A DNA stretch of 64,000 nucleotides from Ignavibacteriota bacterium (GCA_963794025.1 CAWCCK010000018.1:2706-66705), one strand, 5' to 3'; counted from the first letter of the stretch, positions 37,450 through 47,520 are shown. Made by a program: numbers and translations. The notes: generated by a model not told the origin, from the letters alone.

Positions 37450-38607
37450 ATGAATTTCCAATACACCGAAGACCACATCGCCATTCGCGACGCCGCGCGA
37501 GAGTTTGCTGAGAATGAAATCGCGCCTTCCGCCGTCGAGCGCGATAAAACGGGCGAGTTCCCAACGGAGATCGTCCAAAAATTGGGCGAGCTTGGGTTCT
37601 TAGGAATGATGGTCGCGCCGGAATGGGGCGGCGCAGGACTCGACACCGTCAGCTACGTGCTTGCCATCGAAGAAATCGCGAAAGTCGATGCGAGCGTGGC
37701 TGTCATCATGTCGGTGAATAATTCCCTTGTCTGCTGGGTGATCCAAACCTTCGGCACGGATGAACAAAAGGAACGGTTCCTGCACCCGCTTGCAACCGGC
37801 CAAAAGCTCGGCGCGTATTGCCTCAGCGAACCCGGCGTTGGCTCCGATGCTACGAAGCAAGCCACGACGGCCACGCTGCAAACCGATGGAAGCTACCTCA
37901 TCAACGGCGCGAAAAATTGGATCACCAATGGCACGACGGCAGATCACTATGTCATTTTCGCGCAGACCGACGCTACAAAAGGACATCGCGGCATCACCTG
38001 TTTCGTGATCGATAAAGGAATGCCCGGTTTCGAAACGGGACTGAAAGAAGATAAGCTCGGCATTCGGTCGAGCGATACATGTTCGCTCGGTTTTACGGAG
38101 CTAAAAGTTACGACCGATCGGATTATCGGCGATGTCGGGCAGGGATTTAAGATCGCAATGGAGACGCTGAATGGCGGTCGCATCGGGATTGCTGCACAGG
38201 CGCTCGGCATAGCGAGCGGCGCAATGGATAAAGCCATTCGTTATTCGTTCGAACGCCATGCGTTCGGCAAGCCGATCAATCAATTACAAGCAATTCAATT
38301 CAAGCTGGCCGATATGCAGGTGAAGGTCGAGGCTGCGCGAATGCTCATTCTTCGTGCTGCCCGAAAAAAAGATGTAGGAGAAAGTTTTATCAAAGAAGCT
38401 GCGATGGCGAAGCTCTATGCCTCCACGATCGCGAACGAAGTAGCGACGCAAGCCATTCAGGTGCATGGCGGCTACGGTTATGTGCGCGAGTATTTAGTCG
38501 AGCGCAGTTTGCGCGACGCGAAGATCACCGAGATCTACGAAGGCACGAGCGAAATTCAGCATATTGTGATCGCCAGGCAGCTTTTGAAAGAATACCAAAA
38601 TAATTAA
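37450..38607 (+). CDS. Acyl-CoA dehydrogenase (short/medium-chain type)
   Basis: ACAD N-terminal, middle and C-terminal domains. The catalytic Glu lies in the YEGTSEIQ motif. Confidence 0.8.
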   Translation: MNFQYTEDHIAIRDAAREFAENEIAPSAVERDKTGEFPTEIVQKLGELGFLGMMVAPEWGGAGLDTVSYVLAIEEIAKVDASVAVIMSVNNSLVCWVIQTFGTDEQKERFLHPLATGQKLGAYCLSEPGVGSDATKQATTATLQTDGSYLINGAKNWITNGTTADHYVIFAQTDATKGHRGITCFVIDKGMPGFETGLKEDKLGIRSSDTCSLGFTELKVTTDRIIGDVGQGFKIAMETLNGGRIGIAAQALGIASGAMDKAIRYSFERHAFGKPINQLQAIQFKLADMQVKVEAARMLILRAARKKDVGESFIKEAAMAKLYASTIANEVATQAIQVHGGYGYVREYLVERSLRDAKITEIYEGTSEIQHIVIARQLLKEYQNN

Positions 38608-38700
38608 GAATTAGAAATTAAGAATTAAGAATGAAGGGAGCAACGAAAAAAGCTGTCACGCTATCTTTATTCTTCATTCTTAATTCTTCCTTCTTAACTA
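38598..38700. repeat. AATTAAGAA-type tandem-unit inverted repeat overlapping the 5' end of the next ORF
   Basis: aattaagaattagaaattaagaattaagaatgaagg ... ctttattcttcattcttaattcttccttcttaac. Confidence 0.55.
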
Positions 38701-39185
38701 ATAAATGTGAAGCGCAGACCGGAGGGAAATACGATTTCTACCGATACCTTCAGCAATACGCTGTCGAGATCGATCCGATTGGAGATATTCTTGGCCGGGT
38801 GAGCGGGCAATTCGAAGAACGGCTCGATCCCAATTTCTCTCGGGTGTATGACATTGTTTATCAACGAGCGGTAGAGGATAAACACACGACCGGTTGGTAT
38901 CCGGAATCAGCGATCACCGTTGGCGCGATGGAACGCATTTTTCTTACCGATAATGCAGCGATTCTCGGTCAATATATTGGCATCGGAGTGGGGGCTGGTG
39001 TCATTCACAAGTCCATTGCCGTGCGCGTGACTGCTGAGATCGGATATAAGATCGCGTTCGGCGGAGGAACCGGGCATTTCTTCATCGAACCGAAAATTCT
39101 TATGGATTCCTACATCATCACAAACGCGGTCGGACAGCGTATTTTACCCTACGTTGCACTGCCGTTTGGGTACTCCTGGTGGTAG
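38631..39185 (+). CDS. Small outer-membrane beta-barrel protein (C-terminal ..FGYSWW)
   Basis: Signal peptide, alternating amphipathic strands and an aromatic C-terminus typical of OMP barrels. Confidence 0.45.
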   Translation: MKGATKKAVTLSLFFILNSSFLTNKCEAQTGGKYDFYRYLQQYAVEIDPIGDILGRVSGQFEERLDPNFSRVYDIVYQRAVEDKHTTGWYPESAITVGAMERIFLTDNAAILGQYIGIGVGAGVIHKSIAVRVTAEIGYKIAFGGGTGHFFIEPKILMDSYIITNAVGQRILPYVALPFGYSWW

Positions 39186-39297
39186 AACTTCGTCCCTCCT
39201 GCCAATTTTTTCCGTATATTTGAAGGACTATGTTCGCGTGAGTATAGAACGAACGTAGTGTTTTTCGACAAATACTTAAAGAAAGACCATTAAAATT

Positions 39298-39837
39298 ATG
39301 AAATTCGGATTTGCAAAATGTCTCGCGCTTCTTGCGCTGTTCGCCATAACGCTTTCAGCGGGTAAAATGTACGCTCAGGCTCGGCCCAGCCCGGCAACAT
39401 CGGTCATTTCGGTCGATATTGTGCCACTCATTTATACGTTTCCGCTGACGTTTCAATATGAGTTCAAGGCTGACCCGGTCACAAGCTGGGTGCTCCGTTT
39501 GCATTACTGGCCCGGCCTCACGGCGGACTACTCCGGCTTTGGGTTCGGCGCTGCCTATCGGATCTATATTGCCGACAGCCGCGCGCTAACCGGACTTGCC
39601 GTTGCGCCCGCTGCGGACGTTTTCTTTTTTCGGCAACCGCAGCAAACCGGCGGCACCGGAAGCCGGTCGGCCATCGGGTTAGATCTCGGCGGCGATCTTA
39701 GCTACAAATGGATCTTCGATGAGTTCGCGGTCGAGCCGATCTTCGGGCTTCGTTTTGGAATTGGCGGGTCGAATGCGCCGGGCACCTTTACGACGATCGC
39801 GCCGCTTATCGGAGTCAACTTAGGGTATGCGTGGTAA
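39298..39837 (+). CDS. Small outer-membrane beta-barrel protein (C-terminal ..NLGYAW)
   Basis: Signal peptide (AQA) and an aromatic terminal residue. Confidence 0.45.
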   Translation: MKFGFAKCLALLALFAITLSAGKMYAQARPSPATSVISVDIVPLIYTFPLTFQYEFKADPVTSWVLRLHYWPGLTADYSGFGFGAAYRIYIADSRALTGLAVAPAADVFFFRQPQQTGGTGSRSAIGLDLGGDLSYKWIFDEFAVEPIFGLRFGIGGSNAPGTFTTIAPLIGVNLGYAW

Positions 39838-39903
39838 TGTTTTACATCGAGACACACGCATGAACCGCCAAGCATACTCGGAACCTAATTATTCCAAAAC
39901 TGA

Positions 39904-40611
39904 ATGATGCGCTTCGCTATTGCGGCGATCCTACTTGTGGCCGCCGGCGAAGCATTCGCGCAGGCGGGCACGGGCGTGCAACCCAATAGAGTTCCCACGC
40001 TCGTAGATTCCGTAACGTTCATGCCGTACCTGACCGCAAGTTTGAACCTCTTCTCCGGTCAGGCATTTCTGGCGAATGCAAGCGGCCCCGGATTCGGAGG
40101 CGGCATCACGTTCGATCTTACAAAAGAAGGACAGAAAGTCGGGTTCATGTTCGATTTCGCCTTTCAGGAGATGTATGGCGTCGCGCAAAATGGAAGCGTC
40201 CTTAGCCCGCTCGTCACCTTAGATACCAGCATCAGTCCTTCTGCCAATGCGTATCATTACTGGCAATATCTTCTGTTCGAACCGTTTCTTAAGTTCCAAA
40301 CGAGCAGCAAGCGCATGGGATATTTTATGATCGGGGCAAGTCTTGGGTTCGCGGTGGAATCCGAGACCGTTAGTATCGCTCCCGGTTATCCAAACGAATA
40401 TCAGATCTGGAACGATACGCCGTTCGGCAATAGATTCCGGCTCGATATTCGTGCCGGGGTCGGCGTGGAACTTGCAAAGATCGGTACGCACTCGCTCATG
40501 CTCGAAGCGCGTGCCGGTTACCCGGTAACGAGCGAGATCTCCAACTATGGCAGCTCATCCGGGAGTTTGAGGATCATCACCATTCAAGGAAATTTGGGCT
40601 TGAGATTATAA
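39904..40611 (+). CDS. Outer-membrane beta-barrel protein
   Basis: Signal peptide, alternating beta-strand pattern, ends ..GNLGLRL. Confidence 0.4.
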   Translation: MMRFAIAAILLVAAGEAFAQAGTGVQPNRVPTLVDSVTFMPYLTASLNLFSGQAFLANASGPGFGGGITFDLTKEGQKVGFMFDFAFQEMYGVAQNGSVLSPLVTLDTSISPSANAYHYWQYLLFEPFLKFQTSSKRMGYFMIGASLGFAVESETVSIAPGYPNEYQIWNDTPFGNRFRLDIRAGVGVELAKIGTHSLMLEARAGYPVTSEISNYGSSSGSLRIITIQGNLGLRL

Positions 40612-40629
40612 TTTTATACATTCAACATT

Positions 40630-41331
40630 ATGAAAAAAGGAACACTCATCGTCGGCGGCATCGTCGTACTCCTGCTCATTATTTTTATGTGGTGGCGCAC
40701 CACGTATAACAGCTTCGTCACAATGGATGAGGGCGTCAAAGCGCAGCTCGGGCAGCTAAACAACGTCTATCAACAGCGCGCCGATCTCATCCCGAATCTC
40801 GTGGCAACAGTGCAAGGTTCGGCGGTGAACGAGCGCCAAACGCTGACGGACGTTATCGATGCGCGCAGTAAAGCCACGGGCATTAATCTCACTCCGGAAG
40901 CGCTGAAAGATCCGACTGCCTTGCAAAACTTTCAGAAAGTGCAAGGCGATCTTTCGAGCGCGCTTTCCCGGCTCATGGTCGTTGTGGAAAAATATCCGGA
41001 CCTTAAAAGTCAGGCTAATTTCACTGTGCTCATGTCCCAGCTTGAGGGACAAGAAAACCGCATTCGCTTGGAACGAAATCGGTATAACGATCAGGTGAAG
41101 GATTTTAACGCGCGTATTCGTTCCTTCCCAGCAAGCTCGATCGCGAGCATGTCGGGCTTCACTGCATATCCCTATTTCGAAGCCGCCGCCGGCGCGGAAA
41201 ACGCGCCGAAAGTGAATTTCGGCGCACCTGATGGCGCACCAAGTTCGGGAACCGGAACTGCGCCGGAGAACACGCCGCCAAGTCCGGCATCGGAGCCACA
41301 TGGTCCGGCAAGGCCCGCGCCAACGAAATGA
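40630..41331 (+). CDS. lemA: LemA family protein
   Basis: N-terminal TM helix plus the LemA motif (YNSFV..DE.V.A...QL.NVYQ.RADLIPNLV). Confidence 0.8.
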   Translation: MKKGTLIVGGIVVLLLIIFMWWRTTYNSFVTMDEGVKAQLGQLNNVYQQRADLIPNLVATVQGSAVNERQTLTDVIDARSKATGINLTPEALKDPTALQNFQKVQGDLSSALSRLMVVVEKYPDLKSQANFTVLMSQLEGQENRIRLERNRYNDQVKDFNARIRSFPASSIASMSGFTAYPYFEAAAGAENAPKVNFGAPDGAPSSGTGTAPENTPPSPASEPHGPARPAPTK

Positions 41332-41353
41332 AAAAGCCAAATTCAACGAAAAA

Positions 41354-41414
41354 TGTAGCGCAAACTTTAGTTTGCGATTCTGGGATGGGGTCGCAAACTA
41401 AAGTTTGCGCTACA
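41354..41414. repeat. Two inverted copies of TGTAGCGCAAACTTTAGTTTGCGA forming a 24-bp-arm hairpin between lemA and the TPM gene
   Basis: tgtagcgcaaactttagtttgcga-ttctgggatggggt-cgcaaactaaagtttgcgctaca. The same 24-mer occurs at 110-133. Confidence 0.65.
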
Positions 41415-42252
41415 TTTTGCAATACATTTATTGCGCTCTTGATTTTCTTGAGTGCGAGCATTTCCTTCGCTCAATCCTCCGGTTCCCCCGCAATCCCCAT
41501 GCTCCATGCCGGGTACGTGCTCGATGAAACGAACACGCTGAACCCCAACGAGCTTTCCGCGCTCGATGCAAAACTTCGGCATTACGAAGATTCCACTTCG
41601 ACGCAAATTTGCATTGTGCTGATTCCAACGCTGAACGGCAATCCGGTGGAGGATTTCGCTGTCACCGTGCTTGATAGCAATCATATTGGGCAAAAAAACA
41701 AGAATAATGGTGCGCTTATTTTGCTTGCGCTCACGGATCATCAGGGATGGATCTCCACCGGCTATGGACTCGAACCCACGCTCACCGATGCTGCATCGAG
41801 CATGATCTATCAGCAAATCTTAGTTCCCGCACTGCGCAAAGGCGATGTCTATGGCGGACTCGATCAGGCAACGACGGCGATGTTCCAGGTCATCGGCGGG
41901 GAATTTAAGAACGAGAACCCGCAAAGCCCCATTCGCGGCAGGCGCGGCGCGCCATCGCCGGCGGGTGCGCTTCCTTATCGTATTAGGATTTTTCATTTTT
42001 CTCTTTATCATGCGTGCGTTGGCGGGGACGGGTTCCCGGCGCACGGTTGTCGGCGCGGGCGGAGCAGGTTCCGGATGCATGGGAGGGATCTTGCAGGGAT
42101 TGTTCTGGTCCTCGATCTTTAACTCCGGCCGTGGCGGATGGGGTGGTGGTTTCGGCAGCGGCGGAGGATTTGGCGGAGGCGGCTTCGGCGGCGGTGGTTT
42201 CTCCGGCGGCGGCGGCATGGGCGGCGGAGGTGGTGCGGGCGGTGGGTGGTGA
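41385..42252 (+). pseudogene. TPM-domain protein (YgcG-like; LemA partner) with a frameshift between the TPM domain and the C-terminal TM/glycine-rich tail
   Basis: Frame 1 (to 42122) holds the signal peptide and TPM domain (ICIVLIPTLNG...ALILLALTDHQGWISTGYGLE). Frame 2 (41845-42252) holds the TM FLIVLGFFIFLFIM and the GGGFGGGG tail. The junction is near 41940-41980. Confidence 0.55.
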
Positions 42253-42273
42253 GTTAATGCGGTTTTTTTAACA

Positions 42274-42994
42274 ATGATGAAAAAACGGCAAATTTACGCG
42301 ATACATTGTGCTGTCATTTTGATGGTATTAATCTCATGCTCCACTGCTAAATCCCAATGGTACGCTGGTGCGAGCGCACGGATGCTAACCGACGCGAAAT
42401 CTTTTGGGGGATCGTTTGAGATCGGGAAGGAATATTCTTTTGGGTGGTTGTTTATTCAAGGCGCGTATATTAATCGACTGCTTAATTATGATCAAACGTT
42501 TTTTGGATTCATTGGCTCTTCTCAGGTTCCGTTTGGGTATGGGATTGGGCCAGGCGACGTTTCATTCCCTAAAAGTACAGTCGTAGGGGGAGTGACTTAT
42601 GCCCAAGGTACCTACGAAGCGAAAACCTACAGCGCCTATATACCTAGAGGGGCCACAATACGTAATTTCTACATCTTATTGTTACATATTGTCCCATTCG
42701 ATTATGCTCGGACCAACTATTGGCTTTGCAGTCCAGAATCAATCCCCGGTTGCTGCTACCAATGATATTGAGGGTACTCCGTCCGCTCCTCTATATGGGC
42801 CGTTGATCTCCGCAGGTTCCATTCCAGAAAACTATCCTCCCGAATCATACACATCTGCTGGGAAGATAATAATTGTTGGGAACTTCGGTGGCTGCGTCAA
42901 AATTTCTTTGTCTGGAAGAGATCGACCAGCTTTGCTAATTCTCGATTATGCAACCCAGACGGGAGCAGGAGCCGGGTTGGCTTTTCCACTCTGA
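42274..42994 (+). CDS. Hypothetical secreted protein, apparently split across two frames (42274-42765 and 42599-42994)
   Basis: Signal peptide in the first frame. Both frames are protein-like and overlap by ~165 nt. Confidence 0.3.
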
Positions 42995-43816
42995 GGTTAG
43001 GGCGTAGTTTAATTTATAGATCCCTGTTGCGGAACCATAGTTTTTCCGTTTTTTGTACTGAGGAGATATTTATGCAATAAGGAAATTGAGATAATCGAAT
43101 TCGGCTTCCAATTCGAGTTGACCTAATTCGCTCTCAAAATAAGGGCGACCGTCACATTGAACCGTCGCTAATTGAGAGTGCATTATGCTTACGCTTGATG
43201 CAAGCTTTGAATAGGCAGGTTTTCGTTTCCAAATTAATGCTACCTCATCATCAATTTGGGCAGAAACATCTTTCGGTTCCCATTTTCGCTTAGGCGGAGT
43301 GATGGTAAGCGGTTTAATATCGTATAAGGGTAAAACAGAATCGTCTGAAATTATTTAAATAATGGTAATGAGGAAAAAGAGCTAAGTTGTCTGGGTAATC
43401 TCTCCTTGCAAGGCCATCGGAGCAATTAATGTTATCCCAATAACGAGTTGATGGGAACAGAATCCCAGCGTAGTTTTCCTCCTTAATCGCTTCAGTAAGG
43501 AGCTGGCAAGCAAGTATTCTTCAACGAAAGTCCCCGAGCGTAAGGGGGCTTTGCGGAAGGTACACATTTGCGAGATAATAAAACGATGAAATAAAGCAGG
43601 AAAATGGTTTATGTTCGGGTGATAACTCAAATCATTACAGTCCAGAATCCCAATTTTATTTTTGGCAAAACTTACAAAAGTATGGTTTATGGGTAAAAAC
43701 TTATGAACCGTATTCGATAGGTCGTAAATTGGCGGAACCTTTGAGGTGCTGATAAATATAGTGGAGATAACCGAAATGCCGCGAAAGCTATATCATTGTC
43801 TCCGCTCTTTTCCCAT

Positions 43817-44236
43817 CTAGCCGGCAATTAGTGAGCGGCTAAGATAGAGGATAGGAATTCCAGAGATACCAAACCTTTGGTTACCAACAAGATAACGTTT
43901 GTTGAATGGTATATGGTAGAAGAACTCTGCATTTATAGGTTCGGTATTGCTATCAAGAGATCTTCCACGAAACATTAAACCTAAATCGTCAAGTTTAAGG
44001 CCTTGAATCGGTGGATGGCTTTGTATAATGCCGTGCGCTTTTTCGAGTGCTAAAGATGGCTTACCATCTACATAACTTCTGTATATAAATAATAGGAGAC
44101 CGAAAATTGATCTTGCTTCACCACTGCTCCTTGCCGACTCAAGGAAGCAATCGATCCATGGTGCTATGTCACCCCTAATTTCAATTGGAAGACAATTACA
44201 CAAACTGGCACTTCCAAGGTTATCAAATTCAGACAA
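43817..44236 (-). CDS. Hypothetical protein in a low-GC degraded region. The C-terminal GNQRFGISGIPILYLSRSLIAG resembles the N-terminal motif of RES-domain toxins.
   Basis: Resemblance to the RES start motif (GGRWN.PG.PVLYlAes) but truncated. The surrounding 43000-44400 lacks intact ORFs. Confidence 0.25.
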   Translation of the reverse strand: MSEFDNLGSASLCNCLPIEIRGDIAPWIDCFLESARSSGEARSIFGLLLFIYRSYVDGKPSLALEKAHGIIQSHPPIQGLKLDDLGLMFRGRSLDSNTEPINAEFFYHIPFNKRYLVGNQRFGISGIPILYLSRSLIAG

Positions 44237-44403
44237 AAAACGATCTTGATAGTCTTAAGCGTGTCTTCGAATCGCTCTTTTCGGGACGATTGTTTTAGAT
44301 CATTCTGGAAGGAATCATTAAGAAAGCAGTTTAAGCAAGCCATTGTTGTTCTTACAAACAACGATGAGCATATGAATTGTGCCAATAATGAAACAAAACC
44401 AAA

Positions 44404-44427
44404 AGGGACACGCCTCTCAGCGTGTCC
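44404..44427 (-). terminator. Rho-independent terminator for the kamA-like gene
   Basis: Perfect hairpin gggacacgc-ctctca-gcgtgtccc. On the minus-strand transcript it is followed by uuuugguuuuguuu. Confidence 0.7.
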
Positions 44428-44435
44428 CTTCAAAT

Positions 44436-44476
44436 AAATCAGCGGAATCAGAAAGTAATCAGCGTAATCCAGGTTC
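44436..44476 (+). repeat. GCGTAATCCAGGT box, copy 4 (aatcagcggaatcagaaagtaatcagcgtaatccaggttc), overlapping the last codons and stop of the minus-strand kamA-like gene
   Basis: Read directly. Confidence 0.6.
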
Positions 44477-45598
44477 TGGATTCTGATTGAACACCTTCTT
44501 CTTCCTCGGCGCGCGAACGGGGCGTTTGCGAGCGGGAGCTTTTGTGGGCTTCGTCTCTTCGACGACATCGGGATAGGTATAGATGTCGTACTTGTAATTG
44601 CGGAGCACCCAGTTCTTTTCGTCGTGGCTGACAACGTAATTCGGCAGCATGGGAATTTTCCCGCCGCCGCCGGGCGCGTCGATCACGTAATAGGGGATTG
44701 CAAGCCCCGAAGTCCAGCCGCGAAGCTTTTCCATAATATCCAAACCAACCTTGACCGGCGTTCGGAAATGGTTTGCGCCCTTCGTAAGATCGGCCTGATA
44801 AATATAATATGGACGAACGCGCATGGCGAGCAGCTTTTGCATTAGCTCTTTGACGATCATCGGGTCGTCATTCACGCCTTTCATCAGCACCATTTGGTTA
44901 CCAACGGGGCATCCGGCGTTGGCGAGCATCTCCGTAGCTTGCTTTGCTTCCGGCGTGCATTCCCACGGATGGTTAAAGTGCGTGTTGACGTAAATCGGAT
45001 GATACTTCTTGATCATCTCGCACAAATTCGGCGTTACGCGTTGTGGAAGTACGCACGGAATTTTCGTTCCAAGCCGAATAATTTCGACATGCGGGATTTC
45101 GCGTAAGCCCTTGAGAATTTTTTCGAGCATGAAATCCGTCAGCGTGAGCGGATCGCCGCCGGAGAGAATCACATCGCGGACTTCCGGATGCGCGGCGATG
45201 TAATCCAGGCCATCCTGAATGTACTTCATCGAAATTTTTGAAGAATCGCCGACCTTGCGTTTGCGCGTACAGAAACGGCAATACATCGAGCACTGGCTCG
45301 TTACGAGAAACAGTACGCGGTCGGGATAGCGGTGCGTGATGCTCGGCACCGGCGACATAGCGTCCTCGTTCAGAGGATCGTCGGGCGCGTCGATGTCATC
45401 GAGTTCTTTTTCGTCCGGCACACATTGGAGCCAGATCGGATCGCCCTTATGACGGATGAGCGATAAATAGTACGGGTTTACGCGGGTTTGAAAGAAGTCG
45501 TTCAGTTGTTCCGCAACTTCCGGCTTGATACCGAATTGAGAAATGATCTCTTCTTTGGATTCAACGGATTTGCGAAGTAGCTCTTGCCAGTATTCCAT
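44459..45598 (-). CDS. kamA: Lysine 2,3-aminomutase (KamA-family radical SAM enzyme)
   Basis: 379 aa with the CSMYCRFCTRKR radical-SAM cluster and KamA-family flanking regions (PLP-binding). Confidence 0.75.
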   Translation of the reverse strand: MEYWQELLRKSVESKEEIISQFGIKPEVAEQLNDFFQTRVNPYYLSLIRHKGDPIWLQCVPDEKELDDIDAPDDPLNEDAMSPVPSITHRYPDRVLFLVTSQCSMYCRFCTRKRKVGDSSKISMKYIQDGLDYIAAHPEVRDVILSGGDPLTLTDFMLEKILKGLREIPHVEIIRLGTKIPCVLPQRVTPNLCEMIKKYHPIYVNTHFNHPWECTPEAKQATEMLANAGCPVGNQMVLMKGVNDDPMIVKELMQKLLAMRVRPYYIYQADLTKGANHFRTPVKVGLDIMEKLRGWTSGLAIPYYVIDAPGGGGKIPMLPNYVVSHDEKNWVLRNYKYDIYTYPDVVEETKPTKAPARKRPVRAPRKKKVFNQNPEPGLR

Positions 45599-45832
45599 AA
45601 TAAGTGATTTAATCGAACCATTGCTTCCGGCCTCCCGGAAGACACGGCCCGCGCACGATCGTTCATATTATCATGATCGCTCATGCTTTGTTAGTGTCAA
45701 TGCTTTACATCACGCTGCACAATTCGCAGCTCTGATGCGCCGACGATTTTCTCAACGACTCGGATGATCGCTCATCCTAAATGCAATATACTACATTCGA
45801 ATCGAAAAAGCAAATCGGCGGCTTAAAAATCC

Positions 45833-45893
45833 GGTGGTGTGGCACATGCTTTAGCTTGCGTCAGGTGACACAAGCTAAAGCATGTGCCACACC
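45833..45893 (-). terminator. Long hairpin terminator immediately after the GNAT gene
   Basis: ggtggtgtggcacatgctttagcttg-cgtcaggtgaca-caagctaaagcatgtgccacaccac. On the minus transcript it is followed by ccggauuuuuaag. Confidence 0.65.
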
Positions 45894-45895
45894 AC

Positions 45896-46363
45896 TTACA
45901 CTCTTTTGCCGAAAATGACGAGGTCGTCGCCCGGCTTGTAATAATCTTTGATCTGTGCAAGCACTTCGTAGTGCTGCTTGATGTAGAACGCTCGCGTGCG
46001 TTCGTAACTTAGCTGGCTGCTGGTTTCGGCGATGAGGAGATAGCCGTGGCGCTCGCTTACAAAGCGAACGGCGTATGCGTCTAACTCCTGCGCGATGCCG
46101 TGCCCCTGATATTCCGGATCGACAGCGATCCAATACATATCATAAGTTCCAATGGTTGCTGGCGTTGGGCCGAGCAGTAGAAAGCCTGCTACGTTATTCG
46201 ATACTTCGGCGATGTAAGCAAAATAATCTTTTTGCTCTGGTTGTCCCGTACAAATGTCAATGAGCTCTTCGGCGATCGTCACTTCCGCTTCGGAAAAATT
46301 CTTCGTCGCGCGGATGAGTCGGAGAATGTGATCGCGGTCTTCTTTTTTTATTTCACGTATCAT
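45896..46363 (-). CDS. GNAT family N-acetyltransferase
   Basis: 155 aa with an acetyl-CoA binding motif (Q.HGIAQEL). Confidence 0.7.
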   Translation of the reverse strand: MIREIKKEDRDHILRLIRATKNFSEAEVTIAEELIDICTGQPEQKDYFAYIAEVSNNVAGFLLLGPTPATIGTYDMYWIAVDPEYQGHGIAQELDAYAVRFVSERHGYLLIAETSSQLSYERTRAFYIKQHYEVLAQIKDYYKPGDDLVIFGKRV

Positions 46364-46464
46364 GCAAAAAAATGTTCCGCATGGTGTGTTTAACGACGTG
46401 TTCGTTTCGATGGTTCAATTTTCAACGCTTCATTCAAAATTATTAATGCAAGCTCTCACGAATT

Positions 46465-47520
46465 TTATTGTGAGCGTTCTGCTGCGCGATTGAGAATTTC
46501 GTTGATCGTCGCAGCATACGTTCTTCCGCTCGTTCGGGCGGCGCGCATGAAGCCGGCGTCTTCGCTAATATCCGGATTCGGATTTGCTTCGAGCACGAAA
46601 AGGTTACCATTCGCATCCAGCCGCATATCCACGCGCCCGTAATCACGCAAGCCTATGGCGTTAGCGGCTCGAAGTGCGATGGATCGCGCTTCAATCGCAA
46701 TGTGCTCCGGTAACTTTGCCGGACATTCCGGCATCGTTGTCTGATAGATCGGCGATTCTTCCACCCACTTCGCTTCATAGCTCACGATGTGTGGCATTCC
46801 CTCCGGCATTTTGTCGAAGGTGATCTCCGAGATCGGAAGCGTGATGAACGTACTATCAGACGCCGCTAAGACGGCAACGTTTAATTCTCTGCCATCGATA
46901 AATTCTTCCGCAAGCGCGGGTTGCTCGAATTCTTTCTGAATAAATTTTACTCGTTTTGCGAGGGACGTTGCATCTTGCACGATGGCATTGGAATCTATTC
47001 CAATACTTGCATCTTCATGCACAGGTTTTACGATGAGCGGAAAGCGTAGATGAGGATCGAGCGATTCCATTTTCTCGTGCTCGAAAAGTTGATGTCTCGG
47101 CGTAGGAATGCCGTTGGCGAGAAAGACAGCTTTTGCCAGCGCCTTTTCGAGCGCAAGCCCCAGTGCAAGCGGCGGTGAGCCGGTATAAGGAATGCGAAAT
47201 AACTCATAGAGCGCAGCTACGTTCATCTCAAGCTTCGATTGACCGAGAATAGCTTCGCAGCAATTAAAAATTACTTCAGGGCGCTCGGTCGATAGAAAGG
47301 AGCACAACCTCTGGGTATCGTCATCGGCGCTAAAGATAGTTACCTGATGTCCGTGCTCTTTCAGCGCGCTTGCGATGGAGCGCATTTGTTCGAGCACGCC
47401 AAATTCGGACGCGTCGATAAATTCGCTGGAAGGCGGATGGTAATTTGGATCCGACCGGCGCAGCCAGTGATCCTCGGAAGCCGTGTTGCGCGGCTCGTTA
47501 TAAATAACAGAGACTTTCAA
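46465..47520 (-). CDS. D-alanine--D-alanine ligase-family ATP-grasp enzyme (paralogue 2)
   Basis: Ddl-like blocks: IPYTGS, FPLIVKP, EEFIDGRE, EANPNPD. Confidence 0.65.
   Translation of the reverse strand: MKVSVIYNEPRNTASEDHWLRRSDPNYHPPSSEFIDASEFGVLEQMRSIASALKEHGHQVTIFSADDDTQRLCSFLSTERPEVIFNCCEAILGQSKLEMNVAALYELFRIPYTGSPPLALGLALEKALAKAVFLANGIPTPRHQLFEHEKMESLDPHLRFPLIVKPVHEDASIGIDSNAIVQDATSLAKRVKFIQKEFEQPALAEEFIDGRELNVAVLAASDSTFITLPISEITFDKMPEGMPHIVSYEAKWVEESPIYQTTMPECPAKLPEHIAIEARSIALRAANAIGLRDYGRVDMRLDANGNLFVLEANPNPDISEDAGFMRAARTSGRTYAATINEILNRAAERSQ

Noticed and set aside
42120-42252. GGGG-rich DNA as a further copy of the GC-rich palindromic element
   Set aside because: It encodes the glycine-rich C-terminal tail (GGGFGGGGFSGGGG) typical of TPM/YgcG proteins. 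It has no hairpin core and no AACCACC termini.
43382-43630. ORF 43382-43630 (-) as a real gene
   Set aside because: No recognisable motif, and it sits in the low-GC degraded segment. It is mentioned only as part of that region.
44164-44634. ORF 44164-44634 (-)
   Set aside because: It overlaps the kamA 3' end in another frame and spans the terminator hairpin and the GCGTAATCC box. It is compositionally non-protein-like.
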